64,000 bases of DNA from Balanoglossus misakiensis. Lineage: Eukaryota; Animalia; Hemichordata. Position 1 is the first letter of the stretch. Every line of letters begins with the position of its first letter. The position numbers were made by a program, and so were the translations under genes. This document shows positions 53,001-64,000 of the stretch, in pieces. The stretch covers positions 744,001-808,000 of the forward strand of contig CM082590.2 in NCBI GenBank assembly GCA_040954595.2, given 5' to 3'. Under the pieces are notes generated by a model, which saw only the letters and a list, made by a program, of their open reading frames with translations, had not been told where the DNA came from and made no database searches.

Positions 53001-55209
53001 GAAAATGGCCTCGTCACGGCAAAAAGTAAACAAATTTAAATCGTCATAACTTCGTTAATATGCCCCGGAAAGTATACAAACTTCACGGGAAGAAGGGCCA
53101 ATGTCTATACTTTGTAAATATTACATCGGATTTCTAAAAGAACTTGGTGCAACAGTCCGTTCAAGAATTTAGCGACGCATGTTTCGAAAACGTGAATTTT
53201 CATTACTCTGCACTTTACGTCATTTCTCTAAAACTATAGCATTAATCATCAAAAAAATTCCCGAAGATATAGTTCGATATATGTACCTTTAAATAAAACC
53301 AACAAAACTACTCAGAACGCACGCTGTTGATAGCGGTTCATGACCAAAGTTCGGGAAAAAAATGACCCAATTCAGACACCCTTTTCAGGGGCTCAGTGTA
53401 ACGACCTCGTTTTTCAAATCAGATTCCTCATTTGCATATGTTGATGAAGGCGTTGCGGTCTGGCTGGATAGTATCAATCTTTTGCCTAGGAATGCATGAA
53501 ATTGTTACACTTGTTTTCGCGGGAAGCTTCTTATCATGCACGAAACCATTATTTTTTTAGAGAGGGCCGAGGACATCGGAGGGTGAACATGTGTATTTGA
53601 ATAATATAGCATGCATAGCACTTTTTTATTTTACAATATACGTGATCGGTCCCTCTTTGTTCAAGTAAACATGGTTACCCTCCAAATTCATGGATATAAG
53701 GAACGCGCCTAAAAATTATATAGAAATCAGCTACGCCGGATTTCCCCTTTAATTGTACTAAGCCAAGCTGATCATTGCAGATATTGGTGCTGATAATCTG
53801 AACATTGAATACTACACAGTTTAAAGTTTTCATTTAATCTTAGAATGTTTTATCTAGAGTAATAACAACATCAAAGCTGAGAACAGGTAAACAGTGTGAA
53901 ATTCACTCACACTCTAGTTTAAGTAACAAATTTGGATCACAGCTACAAGCTAATTGATGAATTCACAACTGATCAGTGAAAGTAACAAAGTCATCACAAA
54001 GAATGTGATCAGAGGAAAATTTAGAGAAATTCACTGTAGGTGAGAAATTATCGCAAAATAAGTGATTACCTGTAAAATGCTTTGCAATGTGTTTCAACAA
54101 GAAAGATTATTGAGGCAAGTCATCTCAAACGTATCATGTGCCTTCAATGGCAGGGTTTTGATGAGATTGTAATTAAAGGGGATAAATTTAGAACATCTAG
54201 AGCTTTTAAATTTTCAAAAAAGATGAGCCAGAGATGTATGGATTTGATGTGACAGCAAGAAATTCAATTTAGATGCCACATTTTGGTTTTTGTCTTGTGG
54301 CGTCCACAAATGTTCTAAGTTTTCCACATTTGACAAAAAAGTGCAAAAATTGAAAATGATTATACTATAAGAAAACTGGCTGTTAACCCTATTTCAAATT
54401 TTCTTTCTTTTTAAAAGATGCAAGTTGGTTCATTGGTTTTCTTACATTTTTAATAGAATAGTGTTGAAAGGGGTGTTGTTTGACTTCCAGATGTTTAATA
54501 TAACAGGTGTTATAGAAGTTGAGAAAAATAATGTTCATTCATGCTCAATAAATTTACAAGATCGAGGCCAGGTAAATTTTAGAGGCCTAACCTGTGTCAA
54601 ATTATTCTGAATGATTAATCATTTCTTCATTATGTCAGGTCGCCAAAGTAAAATTTAGCCCATGAATGAGGTAGCTCAAGATACAAAGGAAACATTCTAT
54701 GTATTGTAATTGCTGGTTTTCATTCATAGAAATAAAAGTTTTGTTATGCACTTTACAGATGTGTATATAGCATTTATTTGTCCTGATGATTGTAAAGAAA
54801 TCTGGTTTTCAACCACAACCTAATTCAAATGTCATATCACATATTAAGGATCCAAGACAAGAAACAGACCTAGTCAAAATAAGAGTTCTTTAACAAATAC
54901 CAAAATATGAACTCCCATGAACTATACACTGTTGGAAAGCCCAGATATGTTGCAGTCTGTCTGTCTGTCATGTCTGTCAATTTCGAAGACAAACTTTGTT
55001 ACTTAAGAATCCTTTGGCCAAATTACATACAACTGAAAACTTTTACATCGTATTAGAGTAGTTCGTGTGGCTAGTAAATCAATTATTTGCATAAATGCAT
55101 ACCAATCATTTGGTTAATGCTCATAGGTTGTTCAGCCTGTTGCATTTCATGGGAAGAATATAGTGGGTGAGACGTGTTAGTTTTCATTTGCATATTAAAC
55201 AGTGATTAA

Positions 55210-55396
55210 AGGTATACGGTCACCTATGCAAATTTAGCTATAGTTACCATGGTAAATTGAGATCTAACCAATCACAGATTTTCAGTGGATGGCACACGCG
55301 AAAAAAAGAGCGTCACCATACGTTCTTTTGAACACTCAAATACGCCATTTTAGCTGTATATATGGCGATATGTAAATTGGAGGTGACCGTATACCT
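55210..55396. mobile_element. Short TTAA-targeting MITE (Kolobok-like)
   Basis: ttaa|AGGTATACGGTCACCT..AGGTGACCGTATACCT|ttaa. Confidence 0.85.
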
Positions 55397-55983
55397 TTAA
55401 GGTATATTTAAAAAATAGAACAAATTTGACTTCAGTCAGCCAATGGTAATACATGTACATGTACATGTACCAATATAAACGAAAGAATTAAGGTTGTTTG
55501 CTGTAAGGGGGCGCTATTAGGTAGGGAGATAATATTAGATGACATTTTTTGAAAACATCAATGATTTTGTTTGTCAAATTTACATCAATTTGAGTGAGTG
55601 TGAAAAGAACGATAAAGAAACCGTACAGGTTTTGTTGAAATGTTAGTTTAATAAAGGTTCATAAAATAAAATCTGACAGTTTAACACTATAGGATATAAA
55701 GAAATGACATCAATATTTCAAAGTATTGACATGTTTTGTGAAAATCAAACCTAAGAATGTAAACCAAATGAGTCAGTGGAATGAACACGCTGATGTAACG
55801 GCTGCCCTGATGGCAAGTTATCTGCCAGTAGCTTTTCTATTTGGTGAATAGACCAGTAAGAACAGTAAGAAAAAAACATTACATATTGATACCAATAAGC
55901 TATATTGAGAGTACAGTTTGCCCAAGTTTTTCATGAGCTTTCCCTTCGTCTTTTTTTATCAGATTAGTACTTTGAATTAAAAG

Positions 55984-57541
55984 TTAAGCGATTAACTCTC
56001 TTTGGGTGGTTTCAATAAAAGAAAGAACTGCCTGTTCAAAGAGTCTGTTATTTCCATTAACAAGTTCACTAAAAATGAGCTCAAAGGATGGATTATGACT
56101 TTTAAATTGTTGTTCACGAGATAAGATTTTTTCTTCATCATCACGGAGGGGATCAATACCAAAATATCCTTCGCGTGAGAGACGGCCTCCATCCTCTTCA
56201 TACAGTCGGACTGCCACTTCAACAGAAGGAATCAGATCTTCAGGCAAACGTGCAGTTTGATCATTTGATGTCGCCAACAATGCAGGCACTCGAGATTGGA
56301 TGCCTATAGAAATATCCGCACATAAAAAATATAAATCATACATGCTGCAATGGTAATTATTAAACGTTTGCAAATAAGTGTCAATATTGTTTTTGTCAAT
56401 AATTTATTATTGCATATCAGCAGCCAGGCGTATATGAGTTCAATTATCCCTCACCACTTGTGAACGGCTACCACTTTTCATTACCGAGAATGTTGCTCAT
56501 GAAGTACGAAGACAGGATATGACCCCTGGGTCAAAAGTCGTTTACGTGGTGGCGCTAATCATGCTAACCTCTACGGATGCCCAATAACGGAACAAGAGGC
56601 CCAATATAGAAAAAGCGTCGATACATGCGCCTGTGGTCTATACATACCTTCTAGAGGATGGTTATTCCATGCCTGCACCATTCGAGTCATTCCGATCGAT
56701 GCTGCGCTACATGCGATGAACGATACGCAGAATTTGGTGGCGTCATCATACATATTAATCATCATTTGGTGCTGCATATTTATCAACGCCGTCTTAATTG
56801 TATAGTTAAAACGCTGGTTGACTTCGGTCCACTGTCTTTCTACTCGCAGGTTTTCTCGGGAGCGACTTTGAATGACCGGTGGACAGGCCCGGAATGTTCT
56901 GTTTTCCCTTAGCTAAGTAACGACTGAACAAAATTGATGAGGCAAACTTCTTTACCGTGATCCAATCGTAATACATCCCACAAGCCATCTTTCAGTAAAA
57001 TATTACGATAGATTTTGTATATTGCGATTGGATTTTTAACCGGCATAGTCACATGTCAAACTATTTGCCGGCTGTAGCCGTCAATAAATATGATGTGTGT
57101 TACACCGAACATCACCAGCTTTTCATTCTGGTCGACATGTAGCTTGTTTCCGTAATACGAGGCGTGGTAGGGTATCGGATTGGTTTGCCGTACCAGATCC
57201 TGTCTGCGACTTTCATGGTAGTCTGGTGCGCTTCTCTTTAGGCTCTCTCCAAGTCTCCGGCGTCCTACATAAATACCCTTCGATGCCAAATACCCCTTCA
57301 TAGTTTTTAAACCGTATGCCGGCCCTATATCATGAACAGCATCCGTTACAACCCGATCCAAATCCTGACCTTGAAGGCGTTTGATATCATGTTGGAGACA
57401 GTATCGTCTTACACTTCGTTCAGAGATACCATTCATTCTGGGAAAAACCTTTTGGAGATGACCACTTATTTCACGATGACTTCTTCCCTTGTCAACCAGT
57501 TCTTGTATCTCTAGCGGCTGAACATATCGACTTATGTTCAT
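55984..57541 (-). pseudogene. Two-exon integrase-core (DDE) transposase with an N-terminal HTH region; disrupted
   Basis: Exons 57541-56648 and 56303-55984. Motifs HREIS..L..ISERSVRR, LHVDQNEKL..IDGYSR, LRLDHGKE, ENLRVERQWTEVN and WNNHP. There is an in-frame TGA at 57056 and a stop/frameshift near 56910. Confidence 0.85.
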
Positions 57542-57740
57542 AGTGAAAGTATTGTACCGACCGAAGAATGTTTGCTCGCAAAAAAAAAACTTTTAAAGCG
57601 GGTTAAAGATATTCCGTAGTGGACGGTACCATTACTTTGGAGGGAATGTAAGGGAATTTGGAGGGTAACAATGTTTAATTGGACAAAGAGGGACCGATCA
57701 CGTCTATTGTAAAATAAAAAAGTAACAAAAATACGGACGA

Positions 57741-57801
57741 TGGGGTAAGGTAACGGTTAGGTTTAGGTTAGAATTATGGTAAGGTTAAGGTAGGGGTTAG
57801 G
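57741..57801 (+). repeat. Degenerate telomere-like (GGTTAG/GGTAAG) tract inside the right TIR
   Basis: ggggtaaggtaacggttaggtttaggttag..ggtaaggttaaggtaggggttagg; absent from the left TIR. Confidence 0.7.
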
Positions 57802-58902
57802 TCTCTCTGCTATTCATGCTATATTATTCAAATACACATGTTCACCCTCCGATGTCCTCGGCCCTCTCTAAAAAAAATGGTTTCGTGCACAGAGGATTTT
57901 TGTGTTCTTTGTATGATCGTTACATTTGCATGGTAAGAAGTTTCCCGCGAAAACAAGTGTAACAATTTCATGCATTCCTAGGCAAAAGATTGATACTATC
58001 AGCCCCTCCCCCCTCTCATTAGGATAAAGAGATTTTTGGTAAATTGAAAATTGGGAAAACGGAAATAGTGCATTGTTGGAAATGACGTTCGTCGGAGGGA
58101 AATTTGAATGGCCGCAAAGTGCCATCCTCACAGCAGTATACACCAATTTCCCATTTTTCAATCTCAGACGAAGAATTTGTAATTAGAAAATAGGCCTAAA
58201 ATTTAATAATCAAGATGAAGAAACAAATTGAAAATTGACATTTAGCATTTTTTCAATTTCCTTTTTTGAAGTTGCAAATCGGTTTATTGGTTGGCCGAAA
58301 TGTGCCACGGATTGCATGGTCACAGTCACTGGTCCTGCTGGATGCATGGGAGTAAGTAGGGAGCCCTCCACGCCACTCTCTCGAGAGGGACTACAGTCAC
58401 GTGTTACATGATTGATGCAACTCTTATGGCAGGTCAACGGGTCTCCAAATAGTTGACATTCAGGCTCGAGACGCGCGTAGTACCCCTATCCAAAAACCCG
58501 GGGTGCGTTCGACGCACAAAGCGTTTTGTGAATACTTGCGCAGGGCACTTCTGTACTTCGTCGAACGATAAGCTTGCCTCTCAAGAGGGCGCCGTCAATG
58601 ACCTTTGGCTTTTCAGAGACAGCGGCCGTTAGCAAGAACGTCCCGGTGCGCATATAAGGACATGATTCCGGAAGTGCATACCACTTTTAAACTGTTTTAC
58701 ACAAGACAGTAGCGGCACAATCCATGTGAATTGGTTTATTGATTGAGAAAAAATACAAGCTTTCGCTTGGTAAAACTATCACTACCTAAATCGACAAATA
58801 TTATGTAACTTCTTCGAAAATATGCCCTGCGAGTCGTACTTCGGCTTACATGTCCGCCATTATGAATTAATGAGATGTTCGCGCGAGTCACCTCCGTCTT
58901 AA

Positions 58903-59397
58903 AGGCACGTAAGCTGTAACTTTTGGGATAGTTTTCATTATTTTTGTTTCAAACTGTACTACCATTAGTCTATGCAGATGAAGGCAGTGAACTAAACACA
59001 AGCAATATAAACCCTAAATATAAGTGCATATGCAAGTTCTAACCAGATAAATAATAAAGCTTTGCCGCAAGCGATTGTGGCCGCCACTGTGGGAAAATGC
59101 AAAAAACAGCGAAAATGTTGCATTTCCGGTTATGAAACTTTAAAAACAAAACATGATCTCACCCTTTTGAGCTCATGGATGTAAATGTACACCGCTGAGA
59201 CATTATATTTTCCTTTTTCATTCTAATATTACACCTTTTTAACAATTTTCGTTTTTCTTCAATTTGTGGCCATTTTGTCATAAATAAGTGTTGAGCTTGA
59301 TATATTATCATGAAATATCATTTAATAGACATGATTAAAAGCATATATGAGATTATTTAAAACTTTAATTTTTTATCCAGTTGCAGCTCATGTGCCT
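58903..59397. mobile_element. TTAA-targeting MITE (Kolobok-like), copy B
   Basis: Reverse-complement homologue of 39717-40220 with TTAA flanks. Confidence 0.88.
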
Positions 59398-60859
59398 TTA
59401 AGGCCGAGTTACACGAGGCAACTCGGCAGGCACTCGGTAGGCAACTCGACGCGCTACTCGAGTCGCGTCGCTACATCGAACAGGATTTTTTTCTTGAAAA
59501 AAAAAACAGTTTGCGAATTTCAACTGCAAGTCTATATCAGTAAAGAAACAATACTAGCTTTATGGGTGCTTAATTTAATTGATGAATACGGAATTTTTAA
59601 TCGTGATACCAAATTGGACAAAATTTAAACGTTACTAAATATTTTTTAATAAAGGAGTAACTTAAGTTTAATTACAAAAGCATTGACGTATTTTATTTAA
59701 AATGTACTTGAAAGCAGGTATATATTTTATAAAAGATCAACCGGCGAGTTTAAATCCTTGTAAGACAGGGGAGTAGATTATGGGGAAATTGAAGAAAGTT
59801 GCGCAATGTAACATTAAAGTGCCTATGACATGCCCTATACAACCAAGCGTGAAATCACTCTTTGGGTCTTGAAGTTAACGTATGTTACTATCTGGAATTG
59901 CGTAACACCCTCTGTGCTTAGATAACAGGCAAGTAAAAGTGGCGAGTGGGCGTGTACCCCTAACCCAACTCAGTCGATTTTTTTCGGCTTTTCAAAGTTA
60001 AGCCGAAGACTTATCTTGGACAAATAGTCTTGCACACCTTTGTAAATCCTCTGCCTGTAATGTAAGGCAAGGGCTTCCTTTGCTTTGAACACTGCTTATA
60101 TAGTTTGTCTTTGTCTGTGGACTTAATTACTCATGGCCCGCTAATTACACTTTACTGTAAACAGAATGGTACACTAGAACCTAGTGTACATACCTTCGCC
60201 TGGCTCGAGTGCGAAGTGGCTCCCTGATCACAGGCATGAAAAAAAGTGGCAAATTCCGGCATTCGTGCACATTTTTCGGAACCGACACAATAAGCAATGC
60301 ATAGACAGGTACCCTAGGTGAGCTCTTGACGGGGAAAAATAAAAAACTTTTTATAGCATGTCATAGACACTTTAAGATTACTGAATTATCAAACTGCACA
60401 TCATACAAATGTGTGAAAAATGCGGAGCCAAAAGTCGTTATCTGGTCTCTGTCGAGTCAATCATATCATAACCATTTTCGCGGAACTGAATACATGTACA
60501 AAATTACTGAAACATTTTGAGATGTGGCCGACAAAGCAAAATGTCGGGGGGAAAAACAAAGAAAATAATGGGAGCCATACTGTAACCAACGACTTAGCCG
60601 AAACCGCGACTTATTGAAACGCGACTTAGCGAGGGTCCACTGTAGTAGTTTATTTTCATATCATCACTGGCAAGATAATTAGTTGAAAGATTCGGAATTC
60701 TTTAACAAAACTGGAGTTTATATGGAAATATTAAACTATAATAGTATAAATACATACACATATCCGATTTTATAGCAAATACTTATAGTCTCGGTTACCC
60801 AGAATCCTCTGCTTCTTCCGTTGCCCTATTGTGTATTGATTTGTAAACCTGGAACTTGA

Positions 60860-61960
60860 AAACGACAGAATCTACAAATCTGTAGGCCTAACTTGGCACA
60901 GTGATGCGAGCCTATGATATCTTGCGCGTAACAGTCTTGAATTTTTAATCAGTCAGGTGACCTAGCGGCCAAAGTGGACTGGAATTTTCAAATGGACCTC
61001 ATTTGAATAAAAAAGGAATTAAAATTCCTTTAAAGATTTGTGTTGTGTAGACCAAATGGCAAGGATCCTACATGTGAAATTTCAACGTCCAGGGCCATGT
61101 CGATCTTTAGAAGATTTTAAAGAATCATTTCCCATATTTCTTGATGACCTTTTACCGAGTTATCTGTCATATACGATGCTCCTGGACAGCTAGTACCTAT
61201 CAGCCCGTGAGTAGCATGGGACCAAAAGAAAGAACAACGTTTTTGATTTACCCCCTGACCTTTGACCATCATAAGAAAAATGCAAGTCTAATTCTACGTC
61301 ACCAATAGAGCCTGAGGACGAGATTTTGGTGGAGGTGCATCAGTATGGAAGCAACTTGCATACACAGATTTTGGGTTACCCCTTGACCTTTGACCGTCAT
61401 TAATTATGCATATGCCTAATTATACCCAAATAGACATAGAAAGGTAATTTTTGGTTGACAGGTGGCATTATAGGACAAAATCAATTGCCAATATGGCACG
61501 TTACCTCTATGACCTTTGACCTAATATCACATAATTAAATGCAAATGTCTAGATAACTATAATACCTACCGGCTTCATATTACCGGTAGGTGGCATGAAG
61601 CGCAAACGTTAACAAGTTACCTCATTTTCATATGTTATTCTGGGTTATCAAACCAGAGCTAAAGGTGCACTTTTTGCAAACATGCACAAGTATGGTATCA
61701 AAATTTGATGGTTAATCAGGACCCCCTTCACCTTAGTTGATCTCATGAAATATGCACACATCTTCTTAAGCTTATGAGTAGGTTTCGAGGTTTAGTTTTT
61801 CATGTACATGTTCTATTAATGGGATGAAATTTCGGTACCTCATTTATCATGTTTACCTCAATAATTATAGGGCTATAAGTCTGGTTTTCATTGGACATGG
61901 ACCAGCATGGGATCCAATTTTTTTTAACGAATTTTGGTGTGACCCTTGACCCTCCTGCAT
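60860..61960. repeat. Old inverted relative of the 9.3-14.2 kb repeat family
   Basis: Recurring tgacctttgacc, cataattatgcat and ggacatggaccagcatggg blocks. Confidence 0.5.
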
Positions 61961-62395
61961 TTTGTTCATCTGCTTGGACCCCTTTCAAGGCTATTCGCAA
62001 GCCTTCATCTGCATTGAAAATATGGCAGATGATAATCAGTTATTAGTTATTAGAGATGCAACGTTCCCTGTGAGAATCCACAAGTCGGCGATTTTCACCC
62101 CGCATTTTTTCAACAGCGACAATGATAACGATTTCTTGGTTTTGAAGACATCTTATACCAACCAAAGTCATTACTAATCACATCTAAGCCAATCACCTTG
62201 AAGCTGGTGTTCAGAGCAGTTGGTCTGATAGATGACCAAGGTGACTATGTCATTTACCTACCCTATAGAAGGACCCACAATTTCCCTTTGACACATAGAC
62301 AGAAAAAGAGACTGCAAAATATTGCAATAAAACAAACTGCAACAATTCAAATTATCATGTCCTTTTATAAATAAAGTCAGAACTGCATGAACTAA

Positions 62396-62470
62396 AAATT
62401 CACCCCGCACCAAAACCCAGGAAAACCCTTTTATTTATAAGGGAACAAACTGGGAAAGCGTAGGTGATTT
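62396..62470 (-). other. Second double-ENE-like hairpin
   Basis: Minus strand AAAUCACCU-A-CGC-UUU-CCCAG-UUUGUU-CCCUU-AUAAAUAA-AAGGG-UUUUC-CUGGG-UUUUGGU-GCG-GGGUGAAUUU. Confidence 0.62.
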
Positions 62471-63001
62471 ATAAAGTTAACAAAGAATTGAATTGTCCAT
62501 TAATGCCTCTTGTAAAGCTAACTTCAAATAAACATGCTAATCTGGCATAAATATATAGTAGAAAGAGTAAGATAATGTTGAACATTTTAAAAAATCAAGC
62601 AAAATTTGATAATTACGGGTAAACTGATTAAAATTAATACTTCATCACTGAATTAATGAAGTGTTTCAGTAAATTAATAATGGGGATGGTGTTCTATAAA
62701 TAAAGTAACCTCTACAAATAAAGGGCCACAATCACTTGAATAACTTTTTTTAACAATAACAATGCTGATTATGCATACGAGTCGTATACAGGATGTATAA
62801 AAGATGCATGTATGAGAATAAATCTCATAACAACTTCAAATAAAATTCATATTAAAATAGGAAGAAGGATAATATCAAACTGTTGCTGCACACAAACGTT
62901 GTGTGAAAAGTCACTGAATGGTCTGATAACAGAAAAAGTATATTAGAGACTTGAAAGTAAAGTAACTGAAAACTGAATGTCAACCACTGCATATGCTTGC
63001 A

Positions 63002-64000
63002 GTGAAAAGTGACTAATGAACTGATCCCAGGAAACTATACTGGACTCGAAGGATCTATTGCAATTGTTTTCATCATGAAATCAGGTTAGTTATGCAATGC
63101 ATATGGAATTCTCAAATATATTGCAAATTGAAACCTTGTCATCTGTTATAGCCACTGGGAAAACTTCTTAAAGATCCCGAAATTGGGAGAAAATACGTTA
63201 ACACTGAGATAAATGATGAAATCTCCAAACACACACTGACATCAAAACTGTTCCACAAATAATAAACTCTTGACAATGTCAAGCAAAAACAAAGTGAAAC
63301 CTTATCTAATGTAGCCATTAGAAAAAGTTTCATTAAAGCCCTCGTAACATTGAGGGAAAAGGACATAAAGATGAATGTTCAAATGCAAAATAACTGAAAT
63401 CTGCAAGTGTATCAAAAATAGAAAACTTTGGAAAAATAAACACTAAAAAGTTAAGTTTTTTATTGTTCAAAAAGTACAAATAATGTGTTGCATGGGCTCG
63501 ATAATATTCAATTTATGAGCAAATTTACTGCTATTATACTCCACTCCCACCCCAAATAAAATAAACATTATGCCTATATGGCTTCTGCAAACACATTATT
63601 TATGTATTTGTAAAGAAAATGTTCATCTAAAATTTAAAACACTATAAAGATTCACATGATGCATATATGCATGCAAGTTGCAACAATGTGTAAAATCACA
63701 AATTTCATATTGAAATGTGAAAAATAAAATATATAGAGGTATATCAAACTGTTGAGCACTACACACACATGTGAAAAGCGATTAATGAACTGATCCCAGG
63801 AAACTATACTGGACTCGAAGGATCTATTGCAATTGTTTTCATCATGAAATCAGGTTAGTTATGCAATGCATATGGAATTCTCAAATATATTGCAAATTGA
63901 AACCTTGTCATCTGTTATAGCCGCTGGGAAAACTTCTTAAAGATCCCGAAATTGGGAGAAAATACGTTAACACTGAGATAAATGATGAAATCTCCAAACA
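63002..64000. repeat. Near-identical direct repeat (~770-bp period) running off the window
   Basis: 63002-63230 matches 63771-64000 (gaactgatcccaggaaactatactggactcgaagg..). Confidence 0.9.

Larger units (their letters stand above)
53467..58000. mobile_element. ~4.5-kb DNA transposon with ~220-bp TIRs, encoding an rve-type DDE integrase (IS3EU-like)
   Basis: gatagtatcaatcttttgcctaggaatgcatgaaattgttacacttgttttcgcggga..ccctccaaattc (53467-53689) is mirrored at 57654-58000 and encloses the integrase gene. No TSD was resolved; the family name is inference. Confidence 0.8.

Noticed and set aside
58400-58870. CpG-rich promoter-like patch (TTCCGGAAGTG, CCGCCATT)
   Set aside because: No exon or gene could be attached to it within the window.

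Overview
AT-rich, intron-rich animal genomic DNA, most likely a marine invertebrate (inference from gene content and repeat style). 3.8-19.4 kb holds two intact, convergent 4-exon CTHRC1-like genes (signal peptide, short collagen stretch, Cys-rich C-terminal domain), with a Penelope fragment, a LINE 3' end, a solo LTR and a tandem repeat family in and between them. 21-27 kb holds MITEs, palindromic elements and a 3.7-kb foldback element. 28.9-33.3 kb is a homogeneous 48/24-bp satellite next to a (TTAGGG)n seed; the three giant ORFs there are repeat artefacts. 33.8-52.7 kb (minus) is a decayed multi-exon KDZ/Zisupton (HMGXB3-like) transposase gene with C2H2, SAP, OTU and Ulp1-like modules. 53.5-58.0 kb is a TIR-bounded element carrying a decayed rve-type DDE integrase. 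The most unexpected signal is a double U-rich-internal-loop hairpin (double-ENE-like, a candidate poly(A) triple-helix element) found twice with different stems: just after the KDZ gene's predicted stop codon, and again at 62.4 kb. All coordinates were read by eye and no database searches were run.
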